DNA from: Promethearchaeati archaeon
GTDB taxonomy: Archaea; Asgardarchaeota; Heimdallarchaeia; Heimdallarchaeales; Heimdallarchaeaceae
NCBI GenBank assembly: GCA_013166775.1
Contig: JABLTJ010000014.1
Span: forward strand, 1-64,000
Length of the DNA stretch: 64,000 nt
Direction of reading: 5' to 3'
Part shown: positions 19,258 through 28,651 of the stretch, piece by piece
Layout: the number at the start of each line of letters is the position of its first letter
Numbering within the stretch: position 1 is the first letter of the stretch
Translations under genes and position numbers: made by a program
Notes under the pieces: generated by a model
What the model was told of the DNA's origin: nothing
Databases searched by the model: none
Seen by the model: the letters and a program-made list of their open reading frames with translations, nothing else

Positions 19258-19950
19258 ATGAAAAGATTCAATGTTAATTTGATGGCAGATCAAGATGAGT
19301 TTAAGGAATTAGCAAAAATAGTAGCTAAAGTGCCTATTTCGCTAAATAAAGTAGATTTTGATTTGCTTGATAGAAATCCACTTCTATCACATATTTTTCA
19401 TTACCCCAAAGTTCAGCTTGTCGATTTATACAAATTCATTCTGCAAGGAACTTGTGGTTGGATGCATCTTTCACAAATAGGTAAGAAGAAGAATATAGAA
19501 GATTTTTTGAAAAAGGAACTAAAAGAAGCAGAAGAAACTCATGAAAGTGATGAACTTTTTGAACTTCTTGATATACAAACACGCTTAGGGAGAATCAATC
19601 TTCGATCATGGAAGAAGTATATGGGCAATAACCATGATTTTCTATGGGAACTCATGAATAAGACAAAGCTAAATACAAAAGAATCTTTAAACTTATTCAT
19701 TGAAAGGTGGAAGGGATTAATGGACTGGTTTAGTGAGAAAATACTTTCCTACAGCAAATCTTCAGAAACCACTGTAAAAGAATGGTTGAAACTAGTATTG
19801 AATATGGCTGAAGAAAGTAAAGATTCCACAGAGCTACCTTTAGTATCACACTCTGATATCTTTAGAAAAGAATACAAACCAAGTTATAGAATAATGAAAG
19901 ATATAGATATTTTCCAAGAGATTAAAGTGGTCAGTATAAATACGGAATGA
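19258..19950 (+). CDS. Conserved hypothetical protein
   Basis: DLYK..LQG..G..H and SHS..FR..Y.PSYR motifs look like a conserved family of unknown function. Confidence 0.65.
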   Translation: MKRFNVNLMADQDEFKELAKIVAKVPISLNKVDFDLLDRNPLLSHIFHYPKVQLVDLYKFILQGTCGWMHLSQIGKKKNIEDFLKKELKEAEETHESDELFELLDIQTRLGRINLRSWKKYMGNNHDFLWELMNKTKLNTKESLNLFIERWKGLMDWFSEKILSYSKSSETTVKEWLKLVLNMAEESKDSTELPLVSHSDIFRKEYKPSYRIMKDIDIFQEIKVVSINTE

Positions 19951-20731
19951 GTGCTTTTCTTTCTTTTGGATAATCTGGGAATGTTTCTTTGTACCATTTA
20001 TGATGTGATGCACTTCTAGGAAGCAAGTTAGCTAAAGTCCAGAATGCAAATAAGAAACCAGGCCAAGACCAGATTGCTAAAGCCCATCCAACCCAGATAA
20101 CTAACTCACCAAAATAATTTGGACTTGAAACGAATCTAAAGAAACCACCAAATGGGATTTTATATCCTTTCTCACCTGGTTTTCGCAATTTTCGAAGAAC
20201 AAAATCTGAATGACGATTAATTAGATACCCAACAATGAAGAGAATCATACCAATGATGAATCTTGGGTCAGTTAACCAAGCATCTGTGTAGAGTGTTGCA
20301 GGAGAATTTAACCAAGGTAATGAATATGAAACTGTTTTTGATAAAGTAAATATCCAGCGTGCAATAATGTATGTGTTTGATGTTTGAAATATCAGTCCAA
20401 AAGTCAAAATCAGGATTGGCATTCTTCTATTTGTTCGCAGAAAAAATGGATAGATGACATCCCTCTGAACATAATGAGTTAACCAGATAAATAACAGGAT
20501 TATAGGAACTAATTCTCTTCTCCTCTCCCCAATTGCAAACAGAATAACAAAAATAATAACTGCAGGGGATTCCATTATAATCCATCCCCATTTACTATTT
20601 ATTTTTGGTCCCCATCCTCTTCTTACATGTCGTCCATATGGAGCTGAAATAAAAAACAACAAGACGAAAATAGCAACACCGATAAAACCTGAAACAATTA
20701 TCAGTGCGTTGAAGAAGACAAATTCATTCAT
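19931..20731 (-). CDS. 3-oxo-5-alpha-steroid 4-dehydrogenase (steroid 5-alpha-reductase / DUF1295) family protein
   Basis: APYGRH, GWIIMESP, HYVQR, N.HSD..L..LR.PG..GYKIPFGG.F..VSSPNYFGE..W.GWA, HHKWY..FPDYP..RKALIP. Confidence 0.92.
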   Translation of the reverse strand: MNEFVFFNALIIVSGFIGVAIFVLLFFISAPYGRHVRRGWGPKINSKWGWIIMESPAVIIFVILFAIGERRRELVPIILLFIWLTHYVQRDVIYPFFLRTNRRMPILILTFGLIFQTSNTYIIARWIFTLSKTVSYSLPWLNSPATLYTDAWLTDPRFIIGMILFIVGYLINRHSDFVLRKLRKPGEKGYKIPFGGFFRFVSSPNYFGELVIWVGWALAIWSWPGFLFAFWTLANLLPRSASHHKWYKETFPDYPKERKALIPYLY

Positions 20732-20834
20732 AGACAGTGGAATAATGCAGTTATTTTAAAGTCTTTCCCAACTTCATTCTTCTATATCCAACAACAGTTT
20801 TAAAGAGTCATAGATAATTACTCAAGAGAGGATT

Positions 20835-22055
20835 GTGTTGACAAAAACTGAACAAATTAATTCTGAAGTTAAATTGTTTGGAAATGTTCAGTTTATCTAT
20901 GAGTTAGTTCTAGCAAAGATGGAACTAGAAAGTTTCGATATTGAATATTCAGTGAATGAGAGCTTACGATCCTTTGATATTGCAAAACTTCCAAATCAAG
21001 AGAATTTCCTAAGTAGAACAGCATATTTTGAGAACCTCAATAACATTCCTTCTTTATACAAGAAAATCACCTCTAGAAATATTACAAGGTCAATCAATCA
21101 ATATCTAACTCACTGGTTTTATCCATATAAAGGCAAGTTTCATCCTCAAATGATTAGAGCTTTATTTAATTATCTGCAAATCCAGTCAGGTGAAACAATT
21201 CTAGATCCCTTTATTGGAAGTGGAACCACAGCTCTGGAAGCTCAACTCTTGGGTATAAATTGTATAGGGATAGATGTTTCTGAAGTGTGTTATCTAATAT
21301 CAAAGGTAAAAACAAATTCAACTAACTCACATTCTGAAATTAAGAATACTTTCAATTATTTAGAAGAATTGCTGGATGGTAAACATACAGGAGAGAACGA
21401 ACAGCTTCAAAGTGTTTCTAATTTTGTTCAAAATATCAAGAATGAAAATTGTAAGAATTTCTACTGGGTAGCTGAATTAATAACGCATAGTGATAGAGCT
21501 AGAAGAAGGAAGAAAAATCCTATACAACTGTTCTATAATAATTCGAAAAAGATGTTAGAATCCGTTTCAGATTATGTGGAATTGATAAACAAATTCAATT
21601 TGAATTTAGGAGAAACAAGTTTTTACATACAAGATGCTAGAGAACTAAAATTACAATCAAATTCAGTTGATGGCATTATTACATCTCCTCCTTACTCAAT
21701 TGCACTAGATTATGTAGAAAATGATAAACACTCATTTTCTGTTTTAGGCAAGAAAACTGATGAAATTCGAGAGAATTTTATTGGAGTAAGAGGAAAAGGC
21801 AATAGCAAAATCGAAATGTATAATTCAGATATGGTTAAAGCTTATGAGGAAATGGATAGGGTTCTAAAACCAGGAAGAAAATGTGTTATAGTTATTGGAA
21901 ATGCTACTTTGAATAAGCAAGAGATTAAAACTGTTGAAATGACAATTGAAATATTCACTAAAATGGGATATTCTCTTGAGAAGAATTTAGACAAAATAAT
22001 ATTTGGATTGTATAATATAATGCAGAAGGAGAACATACTTATTTTTGCAAAATAA
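20835..22055 (+). CDS. Orphan DNA methyltransferase (N4-cytosine type, SAM motif before SPPY)
   Basis: THWFYPYKGKFHPQ, LDPFIGSGTT, ITSPPY, RVLKPG. Confidence 0.85.
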   Translation: MLTKTEQINSEVKLFGNVQFIYELVLAKMELESFDIEYSVNESLRSFDIAKLPNQENFLSRTAYFENLNNIPSLYKKITSRNITRSINQYLTHWFYPYKGKFHPQMIRALFNYLQIQSGETILDPFIGSGTTALEAQLLGINCIGIDVSEVCYLISKVKTNSTNSHSEIKNTFNYLEELLDGKHTGENEQLQSVSNFVQNIKNENCKNFYWVAELITHSDRARRRKKNPIQLFYNNSKKMLESVSDYVELINKFNLNLGETSFYIQDARELKLQSNSVDGIITSPPYSIALDYVENDKHSFSVLGKKTDEIRENFIGVRGKGNSKIEMYNSDMVKAYEEMDRVLKPGRKCVIVIGNATLNKQEIKTVEMTIEIFTKMGYSLEKNLDKIIFGLYNIMQKENILIFAK

Positions 22056-22070
22056 AATTAGAAATTGCGT

Positions 22071-23162
22071 CTATTTCTTCAATGAATTGTAGGTTACAAG
22101 AATTAAGTCGACAATTTCTTTTTTTGTTATTCCTGGTAAATCAACTTGATATTCTTTGAATATTTCATCAAATTTATCTGAAATTATATCTTCATTTACT
22201 TTTAACATTTTTAATCTTTCTTGTAAAACTGATAGTATGAAAGGAGGAGATATGGAAAAATCACCAGATAAGATTATTTCAACTATGTGATCGTCTTCAA
22301 AGTGTGCAAAGATTTGAAATAAACCTCCTACAAACTTTTTTTCGTTGAAAATAAAATAAGTACCAGATTTGATTTTCTGCTGAAGTATTTCATCACCCTC
22401 ACCTTCTACATAGTATAACCATTGATTCTCTATATACTGACCATCCAATTTTTTAATTTCCTTTTTCTCTTCATCAGATAATTTATCAGGAATTAATTTC
22501 ACATTTAAGATATTCTGGAAATTCTCAACGTATTTTGAAATGACTGCTTGTTTAGATGGGATTTCAGAGAGGAAGAAGTTAAAACTTCCCATCCTTTCTT
22601 CTAATGTATTAGCTATCTTATCTCTAAACTTCTCTTCAGGAACCTTAAGTATTTGAGACATTTCTCTTGCGGGAAAATCAAAAATGAAGTTACCAACAAG
22701 AACTCTAGAATTTCCAAAAGAAACAGCACCATTTCCACTTATTTTTCTTCCCTCGGCTATTATATCATTTACTGGGGAATATTGTGCAGGTATATTGAAA
22801 TCCTGATAGGTTGTTATTACTGGTTGGAGGAAAAATTCATAGAATTCACTCAAATGCTGAGGGTATTCTTTTTGACTACAAATTAATTGATAGAAAACTT
22901 GATTTTGATCCAGATATACGGAACCTCCTCCACAAGCTCTTCTCACTAATGGTAATTCTTGTTCTTTGACATAGGACAACTCTACAGAATTTTCAACAAT
23001 TTGATGCAAACCTAGACACACAAATGGACGATTAGGCCAATTGATAATCAGAGTATTAGGAGTTTGTAATCTATCTTGAATTATAGCTAGAGCATGATAA
23101 ATTGATTGGCTTCTTAACCAAGGTATCTCTCCTAGATTCAATAATCTCCATTCTTTATCCAT
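22071..23162 (-). CDS. lplA: Lipoate-protein ligase A
   Basis: VRRACGGGSVYLD, PVNDI...RKISGNG, C-terminal SGDF domain. Confidence 0.9.
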   Translation of the reverse strand: MDKEWRLLNLGEIPWLRSQSIYHALAIIQDRLQTPNTLIINWPNRPFVCLGLHQIVENSVELSYVKEQELPLVRRACGGGSVYLDQNQVFYQLICSQKEYPQHLSEFYEFFLQPVITTYQDFNIPAQYSPVNDIIAEGRKISGNGAVSFGNSRVLVGNFIFDFPAREMSQILKVPEEKFRDKIANTLEERMGSFNFFLSEIPSKQAVISKYVENFQNILNVKLIPDKLSDEEKKEIKKLDGQYIENQWLYYVEGEGDEILQQKIKSGTYFIFNEKKFVGGLFQIFAHFEDDHIVEIILSGDFSISPPFILSVLQERLKMLKVNEDIISDKFDEIFKEYQVDLPGITKKEIVDLILVTYNSLKK

Positions 23163-23187
23163 TTTATTTCATCACTATGTGATTGGA

Positions 23188-23892
23188 TTAATCATAAGTA
23201 ACCCAGGCATTTTCATTGGTTAAGAAAAAGAAGATTTCTCCTATTCCATTAAGAAGTAATAATCTTGAGAAGCTTAGAGTCATAGGGGTATTGTTGATTT
23301 CTATATCAGCAAAAAAGTCTACTGTAACCATATAATGTATATCAGCTTCAAATCCAGAGTAGAGATTATGTATAGTTTGGTTTACGTCTGGATATCCACC
23401 TTGAAGTACATAGGAAGAATTCCATTCATCAAGATTATACATATATGAAATGAAAGTACCATTGTTATCACCAAACATTTCCATATATTTCTGTTGAGCA
23501 TAAAGGTAGGTACTAGGTTTAGTTGTAATATTCATCTCCAAAATGAATAAATGGACTTTCTTACTAAAACCACTATATTCATCCAGAGATACGTTTTTCA
23601 TGAAATCTTCTTCAGATAAGATTAATTCTGTTATGTTATTAATAAAAATAATATCTTCAAGGGATGATACTTCCTCAAAAAGATAGCTAGTGCTTCCATT
23701 TATCATAGAAGTCTGATTTAGATAATCTGCGCTTTGAGAATCCCCTGGAATGTTGTTTAAGATAATCGAACTCTGGAATCTCGTTATAGGAGGGGGAGCA
23801 GAACTGAGCGAAATAAAGATGATTGGTACACATAGTAAACAGAATCCTAATATTACAATAAAAAAATTGTAACCGAAATTTGATTCAGACAT
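23188..23892 (-). CDS. Hypothetical protein, N-terminal TM anchor
   Basis: ORF with single N-terminal hydrophobic segment. Confidence 0.7.
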   Translation of the reverse strand: MSESNFGYNFFIVILGFCLLCVPIIFISLSSAPPPITRFQSSIILNNIPGDSQSADYLNQTSMINGSTSYLFEEVSSLEDIIFINNITELILSEEDFMKNVSLDEYSGFSKKVHLFILEMNITTKPSTYLYAQQKYMEMFGDNNGTFISYMYNLDEWNSSYVLQGGYPDVNQTIHNLYSGFEADIHYMVTVDFFADIEINNTPMTLSFSRLLLLNGIGEIFFFLTNENAWVTYD

Positions 23893-23963
23893 AGTAAGAA
23901 AATAATCAGAGACTTATAAAAAACTATTCTTTTTAAAATGAAAATAAAAGAAGGGAAGTTAAT

Positions 23964-25247
23964 CTATTTCCCTTTTTTATAACGATTGTAGAAGTAATAG
24001 GATGGCAGCACTATTGCAAAGCAGCCTACTACTGCGAATGCAAAATATACTCCAGGATTCAAGAAGAAACTGAATTGTCCCATATATTGAGAAGTCCATA
24101 CATCTCCGTCAGTTGAAAATATAAAATCTACGTTGGGTCTACCTCCTCCAAATCTGACTCCTTCCCCAGCAAGGTATGCAATAAAGATATTTTCCTCATA
24201 AACAGTAACACTTGGTAACATTCTATAATAACCATCAGGTTCATCGTTACCTTTGATAACAGTTATGTAAGATGGATTAGTATCAGCCATATCATCAATT
24301 AGAACTCCCCAAAGATAAAATTCTTCAAATTCTATACCTTGTTCTGCATCATAAACGTCTAGCAAACGATCTTGAGCAACAATAAGAAATTGATTATCCC
24401 AAAAAGTTAGGGAAGGATAATAAAGATCAGTACGTTGATCTGGTGCTTCAATAACTATTTCACCAAAATAGAGAGAGTCTGTTTCAAATAAGTAAGTAAA
24501 TCTGATTTCTGTTGCGTTGAAAAGTGGTATATTGCTTAATTTTGTCGAAACAAGATAAACAAGATCGTCATGCCTAAATATATCAAAATCGTCTCCAAAA
24601 TAATTGTTAGCTAATTCTTCAGTGTCTACCTCTAGAGTAACAGGATCTATATACAACAAATAAGTATTATCTCCAGTATAACTACAAGCTAGATACAACT
24701 TCTCCTGAAATTCATGTTCAACTACTGTAACATCAAACCAAATGTAACGAGAGAATAATATCTGAGTATAATTTAGAAAAACAAGATCTGACCACGTTTC
24801 ACCATTATCTTCTGAATAAAGCAGGAAAAATTCAAGATAATGGGAGGTAAGATTTTCTGAAGCAATGAAAAGATATGAGATTTCATTGTAGTAAATAAAA
24901 GCTGTTTGAGTAGTATTATGAGTGTAATCAATAACAGGATTCTCTCTCTCAGGGAATTTGTACTCTGGAGTGAATTGCCAATTCATAATGCTAGCATCAT
25001 CTTCTTCGATTGTTTTGAATTCTGTAGGTGTTCTTTCACATATTCTAGCTTTTATTTCAGCATTAGCGATTCTCTCATTTCTGATAAGATTATGTTTGTA
25101 CAACATAAGATAATCTCCATCACTAACAGGAGACAAGAGAACATTTGTTGTGGAAAATGTATCAACTGCTTGAGTAGTTTGAGGATTAATGCAGGTAACA
25201 AAAAAACTCCCTACTACGAGAAATACTAAGATTTTTTTCAGTTTCAT
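23964..25247 (-). CDS. Secreted BNR/Asp-box (sialidase-like beta-propeller) protein with C-terminal TM
   Basis: Signal peptide, Asp-boxes SEDNGETWS and STDGDVWT, C-terminal TM. Confidence 0.7.
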   Translation of the reverse strand: MKLKKILVFLVVGSFFVTCINPQTTQAVDTFSTTNVLLSPVSDGDYLMLYKHNLIRNERIANAEIKARICERTPTEFKTIEEDDASIMNWQFTPEYKFPERENPVIDYTHNTTQTAFIYYNEISYLFIASENLTSHYLEFFLLYSEDNGETWSDLVFLNYTQILFSRYIWFDVTVVEHEFQEKLYLACSYTGDNTYLLYIDPVTLEVDTEELANNYFGDDFDIFRHDDLVYLVSTKLSNIPLFNATEIRFTYLFETDSLYFGEIVIEAPDQRTDLYYPSLTFWDNQFLIVAQDRLLDVYDAEQGIEFEEFYLWGVLIDDMADTNPSYITVIKGNDEPDGYYRMLPSVTVYEENIFIAYLAGEGVRFGGGRPNVDFIFSTDGDVWTSQYMGQFSFFLNPGVYFAFAVVGCFAIVLPSYYFYNRYKKGK

Positions 25248-25330
25248 ATTATGACCTTTATTTTTCCTTTTGCGAATCTTTGTTGAAGAATATATAAATT
25301 TTATTAAGAAAATGCATTTTTCTCTTTTTT

Positions 25331-25822
25331 TTAACTAAGTTTGAAAGTTGACCTAATATTCATTAATTCCTGTAATGATTCACTGTTAGAACCTCTATCT
25401 GTAGTTGATATATCAAATAAAACAAGAAATTCATTATGTTTTAACGCCATTAATTCATATATTCCTTTCATTCTAATTTTTGAATTTTCCCAAAAACCAT
25501 ATAGAAAATGTGCTTCCTTACTATTAAATTCCAGAATCTTATAATCTTTTACACTCATTAAATCCCCAGTGTAATATTTATGAATCAATCTTGTTCTGAG
25601 ATCTGAAAGATAGTCCAGTGTTAAGCTGTTTTCTGTATATGGTTGCCAATAAACAAAGAATAACCTTTGTGGTTTCAATCTGATGAATGGGATAAATGTA
25701 GTATAATCTAGACCCCTCAGTAAATGAGCGAAATACCCTGATGGAAAAGTAACTGTACCTATAAAATCTATATGAGTAACTTTCCTTTTATTTATTAAAT
25801 CTAGATCAATACTAATCATCAT
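25331..25822 (-). CDS. Hypothetical protein
   Basis: 163-aa ORF co-oriented with neighbours. Confidence 0.6.
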   Translation of the reverse strand: MMISIDLDLINKRKVTHIDFIGTVTFPSGYFAHLLRGLDYTTFIPFIRLKPQRLFFVYWQPYTENSLTLDYLSDLRTRLIHKYYTGDLMSVKDYKILEFNSKEAHFLYGFWENSKIRMKGIYELMALKHNEFLVLFDISTTDRGSNSESLQELMNIRSTFKLS

Positions 25823-26053
25823 TTAAACGATGGTTCAAACACTCATATAGATTGCTAATCAATAGTACAAAAACCAGAGAAGAATTTGAAAAAATTAATA
25901 AGTGTTTAACAAAATTGCAACTTTTTTTCCTTTTAGAAAGGATTTTCTTCATTTTACTGATTTCTTTTTTCATTAATTATAAAAATACTTCATTAATAAA
26001 AAAAACTTATAAATTAATTTAAAGCTTATTATTACTTGAATGGAGAGATAGCA

Positions 26054-28651
26054 ATGCAAAGAAAAGGAAAAGTGATTTTTATTATTTTGTTGCTAATTAT
26101 TTTAAGTTCCACAATCACTTTTTCATCAGATTTCAATTCAAAACTAAAAGTCTATGATAACTATTTTCTAAAAGTTAAGACCGGAGAAAATTCTATAATA
26201 TTTGATGTATCTAGAAATTTTAGTGGAAATTCTTTATTAGAAATAAGAATTGGATTTTATGATGAAATCCGAGATAAATACGGAGTAGTTTTTTATTTAT
26301 TCGAAATTGATTATTATAGCTACAAGGAAATAGATTATGATACTATCATTTCTATTTTTACATCTGAAAATTTTACAGTTACTAATCTAGTTCTTATTCC
26401 AATTTCTGAAGCATTTAATCAATATTTGTTAGATCAAGGATATTTAGTAGAAGAAAGTAAGAGTCAAACAATTATATCAAAACATGATTATTATTTTAGA
26501 TACAACTCAAAAGGATTATTAATTGAATATACACAGAAAGTAGGAGATTCTTACATCTCAATGAGCAAAGCATTAACTCCCATTACTTTTTCTACATTGT
26601 TTACTCTTATACCTCTATTGACACTTGTAGGGTTTTCATTAATCGTATTTCTTAGAAGTAGAAAGGAAGAAAAAGTATTTTCAATTTCAAGATGGAAATT
26701 TGAAGAAAAAAGAAATATCCCAATTTTGATCTTGTCTGCAATAGTCTTTCTAATATTTACAATAGAAAACAAATCATTTTCAAACTTAACATTCTTAGGA
26801 AAACTAGGAGCACATAATATTTATAGAGGGGGTTCGTTTTATGCAGGTTATTTAGTTTTTAGTTCTACTATAAAATACGAAATACCTTTTAGTTCTAATT
26901 TTTTCTATTTTGTATTTCTAGCAATATTATCTTTTTTCATATTGAAGCAGAAGAATGATAACAAATATAAAACGAAATTCGTGTGGACTCTTCTTGGAAG
27001 CTTTTCAGCATTAATTTCGTTTTTATTGTTTTATGTTTTTTATTTTAAAGGGGAAATGTTCATCAATATATCTATTGTTTTTGAGACAATAACTAATGTA
27101 AGCATTATTTCATATCTAGTTACTTCAAACAATCAAAGAGTATCTGAACAGAGAAACAGAACAAGACATACGAACAAAAAAATTCTATTTTCCATTTTAG
27201 GTTTTTCTATATTATCAGGAATTACTTCTTTACTCCTAGTGTTGCTTTCCCAATTTTTAAGACTAGAAATAAGACCATTAACTATAGTTTTAGAAGGAGT
27301 ACATTTTACTGGCAGGTTCTTCAGTATTCTTGTTACAATTTTATTTTTCCTGTATTTAGTTAGGTTGATAGACAATGAAAAAGAGAGGAAGGAAAATACA
27401 TTTAATCAGGTAATTTCAAGACCTCTTTTTTATATAGTATTAATGATAATAGTAACTACCTCAATCCTCTCTTATGTTTTCAATTTAAATCTAAATTGGA
27501 GAGAAAGTGATCATCTTTACAATAGTCAGTACATAATGTCATTCATCTATTTAAGCTGTTATACATTAATATATCTCATTTTATTCAGCTTAATTACAAA
27601 TGATATATTCCGGAAAATTCTATCTGCAATTAAAGAAAAGCGAAAGAAAATAACTCTAAAAAGCAGATATGATAATTATAGCAAAAAGACAATTCCTCTT
27701 ATCTCAGGATTAGCTATCGCTTGTTTATTCTTTATTTTTAAGAATGATCAGCTTGTACGGATTGCTTTTGAGAGAAATTATGATTTTTATGATGCAGGAT
27801 ATTGGTTTAGAGTAGAGACTTGGTCAGCTAATATACCGTTATCTGAAGGAACAACATATATCTTTTACTTTTGGTTATTAATATTCATTGGTTTATTATT
27901 AATAAGCTCTTTAAAGGAAAATAAGAAAAAATCTATTAGAGATTCAACTAAATTCTTTGTTTATACACTAACCACTTTGTTATTCACCAATTATGTTTTG
28001 ACTGGTTTCGTATATATGCGAGAAGTTGGATGGAATCGTAATAATTTTCTCTGGTTTGCGTTTGCAATTCTAATAATAGATATTATCATAATGAGTTTTC
28101 TTATTTTAATCATAATCAAAATATGGAAAAGAAGAAGCCAATATTACATCTTTCAAGAAAATAAGATTCTTCTAATCAGTTTAATATCAAGCTTATTACT
28201 AACAATCTTACTTGATTTTGTTGGTCTTGGGATAAACACCATCGCAATCATTAATAGTATGGAACAATTGGCTTCAAGATTGTTCAAAACAGGAGTAGCA
28301 ATGACACCATTAATAAGTTTTCTAGTTTTATGGGGCGTTTTATACACTATGAACAAACAGATGAAAACAGAAGAAAATACGAAAACAAAAAAGTATATTA
28401 GAATTCTCTCCATTGTGATGTTGGTTCTATTCATTATTGCGAAAATTGTAAATGTAATTCTCATTTTTGATGTAACAGCTTTTAATTTAGATCAGACATA
28501 TATTATCAGTTATACTACAAATCTAATAATTGACTTCTGTAGATTTTTGTTCATAGTAACACTATTCATAATTAGTTATGTATTTCTTAAGCAACATTTT
28601 CTTCGAGAAATTATCAATAAGAAAAATGAAGCAACAACGAATCTATCTTGA
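26054..28651 (+). CDS. Large polytopic membrane protein with N-terminal extracellular domain and internally duplicated TM region
   Basis: Signal peptide, then many TMs. NIPILILSAIVFLIFTIENK..EIPFS is echoed by TIPLISGLAIACLFFIFKND..NIPLS. Confidence 0.7.
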   Translation: MQRKGKVIFIILLLIILSSTITFSSDFNSKLKVYDNYFLKVKTGENSIIFDVSRNFSGNSLLEIRIGFYDEIRDKYGVVFYLFEIDYYSYKEIDYDTIISIFTSENFTVTNLVLIPISEAFNQYLLDQGYLVEESKSQTIISKHDYYFRYNSKGLLIEYTQKVGDSYISMSKALTPITFSTLFTLIPLLTLVGFSLIVFLRSRKEEKVFSISRWKFEEKRNIPILILSAIVFLIFTIENKSFSNLTFLGKLGAHNIYRGGSFYAGYLVFSSTIKYEIPFSSNFFYFVFLAILSFFILKQKNDNKYKTKFVWTLLGSFSALISFLLFYVFYFKGEMFINISIVFETITNVSIISYLVTSNNQRVSEQRNRTRHTNKKILFSILGFSILSGITSLLLVLLSQFLRLEIRPLTIVLEGVHFTGRFFSILVTILFFLYLVRLIDNEKERKENTFNQVISRPLFYIVLMIIVTTSILSYVFNLNLNWRESDHLYNSQYIMSFIYLSCYTLIYLILFSLITNDIFRKILSAIKEKRKKITLKSRYDNYSKKTIPLISGLAIACLFFIFKNDQLVRIAFERNYDFYDAGYWFRVETWSANIPLSEGTTYIFYFWLLIFIGLLLISSLKENKKKSIRDSTKFFVYTLTTLLFTNYVLTGFVYMREVGWNRNNFLWFAFAILIIDIIIMSFLILIIIKIWKRRSQYYIFQENKILLISLISSLLLTILLDFVGLGINTIAIINSMEQLASRLFKTGVAMTPLISFLVLWGVLYTMNKQMKTEENTKTKKYIRILSIVMLVLFIIAKIVNVILIFDVTAFNLDQTYIISYTTNLIIDFCRFLFIVTLFIISYVFLKQHFLREIINKKNEATTNLS

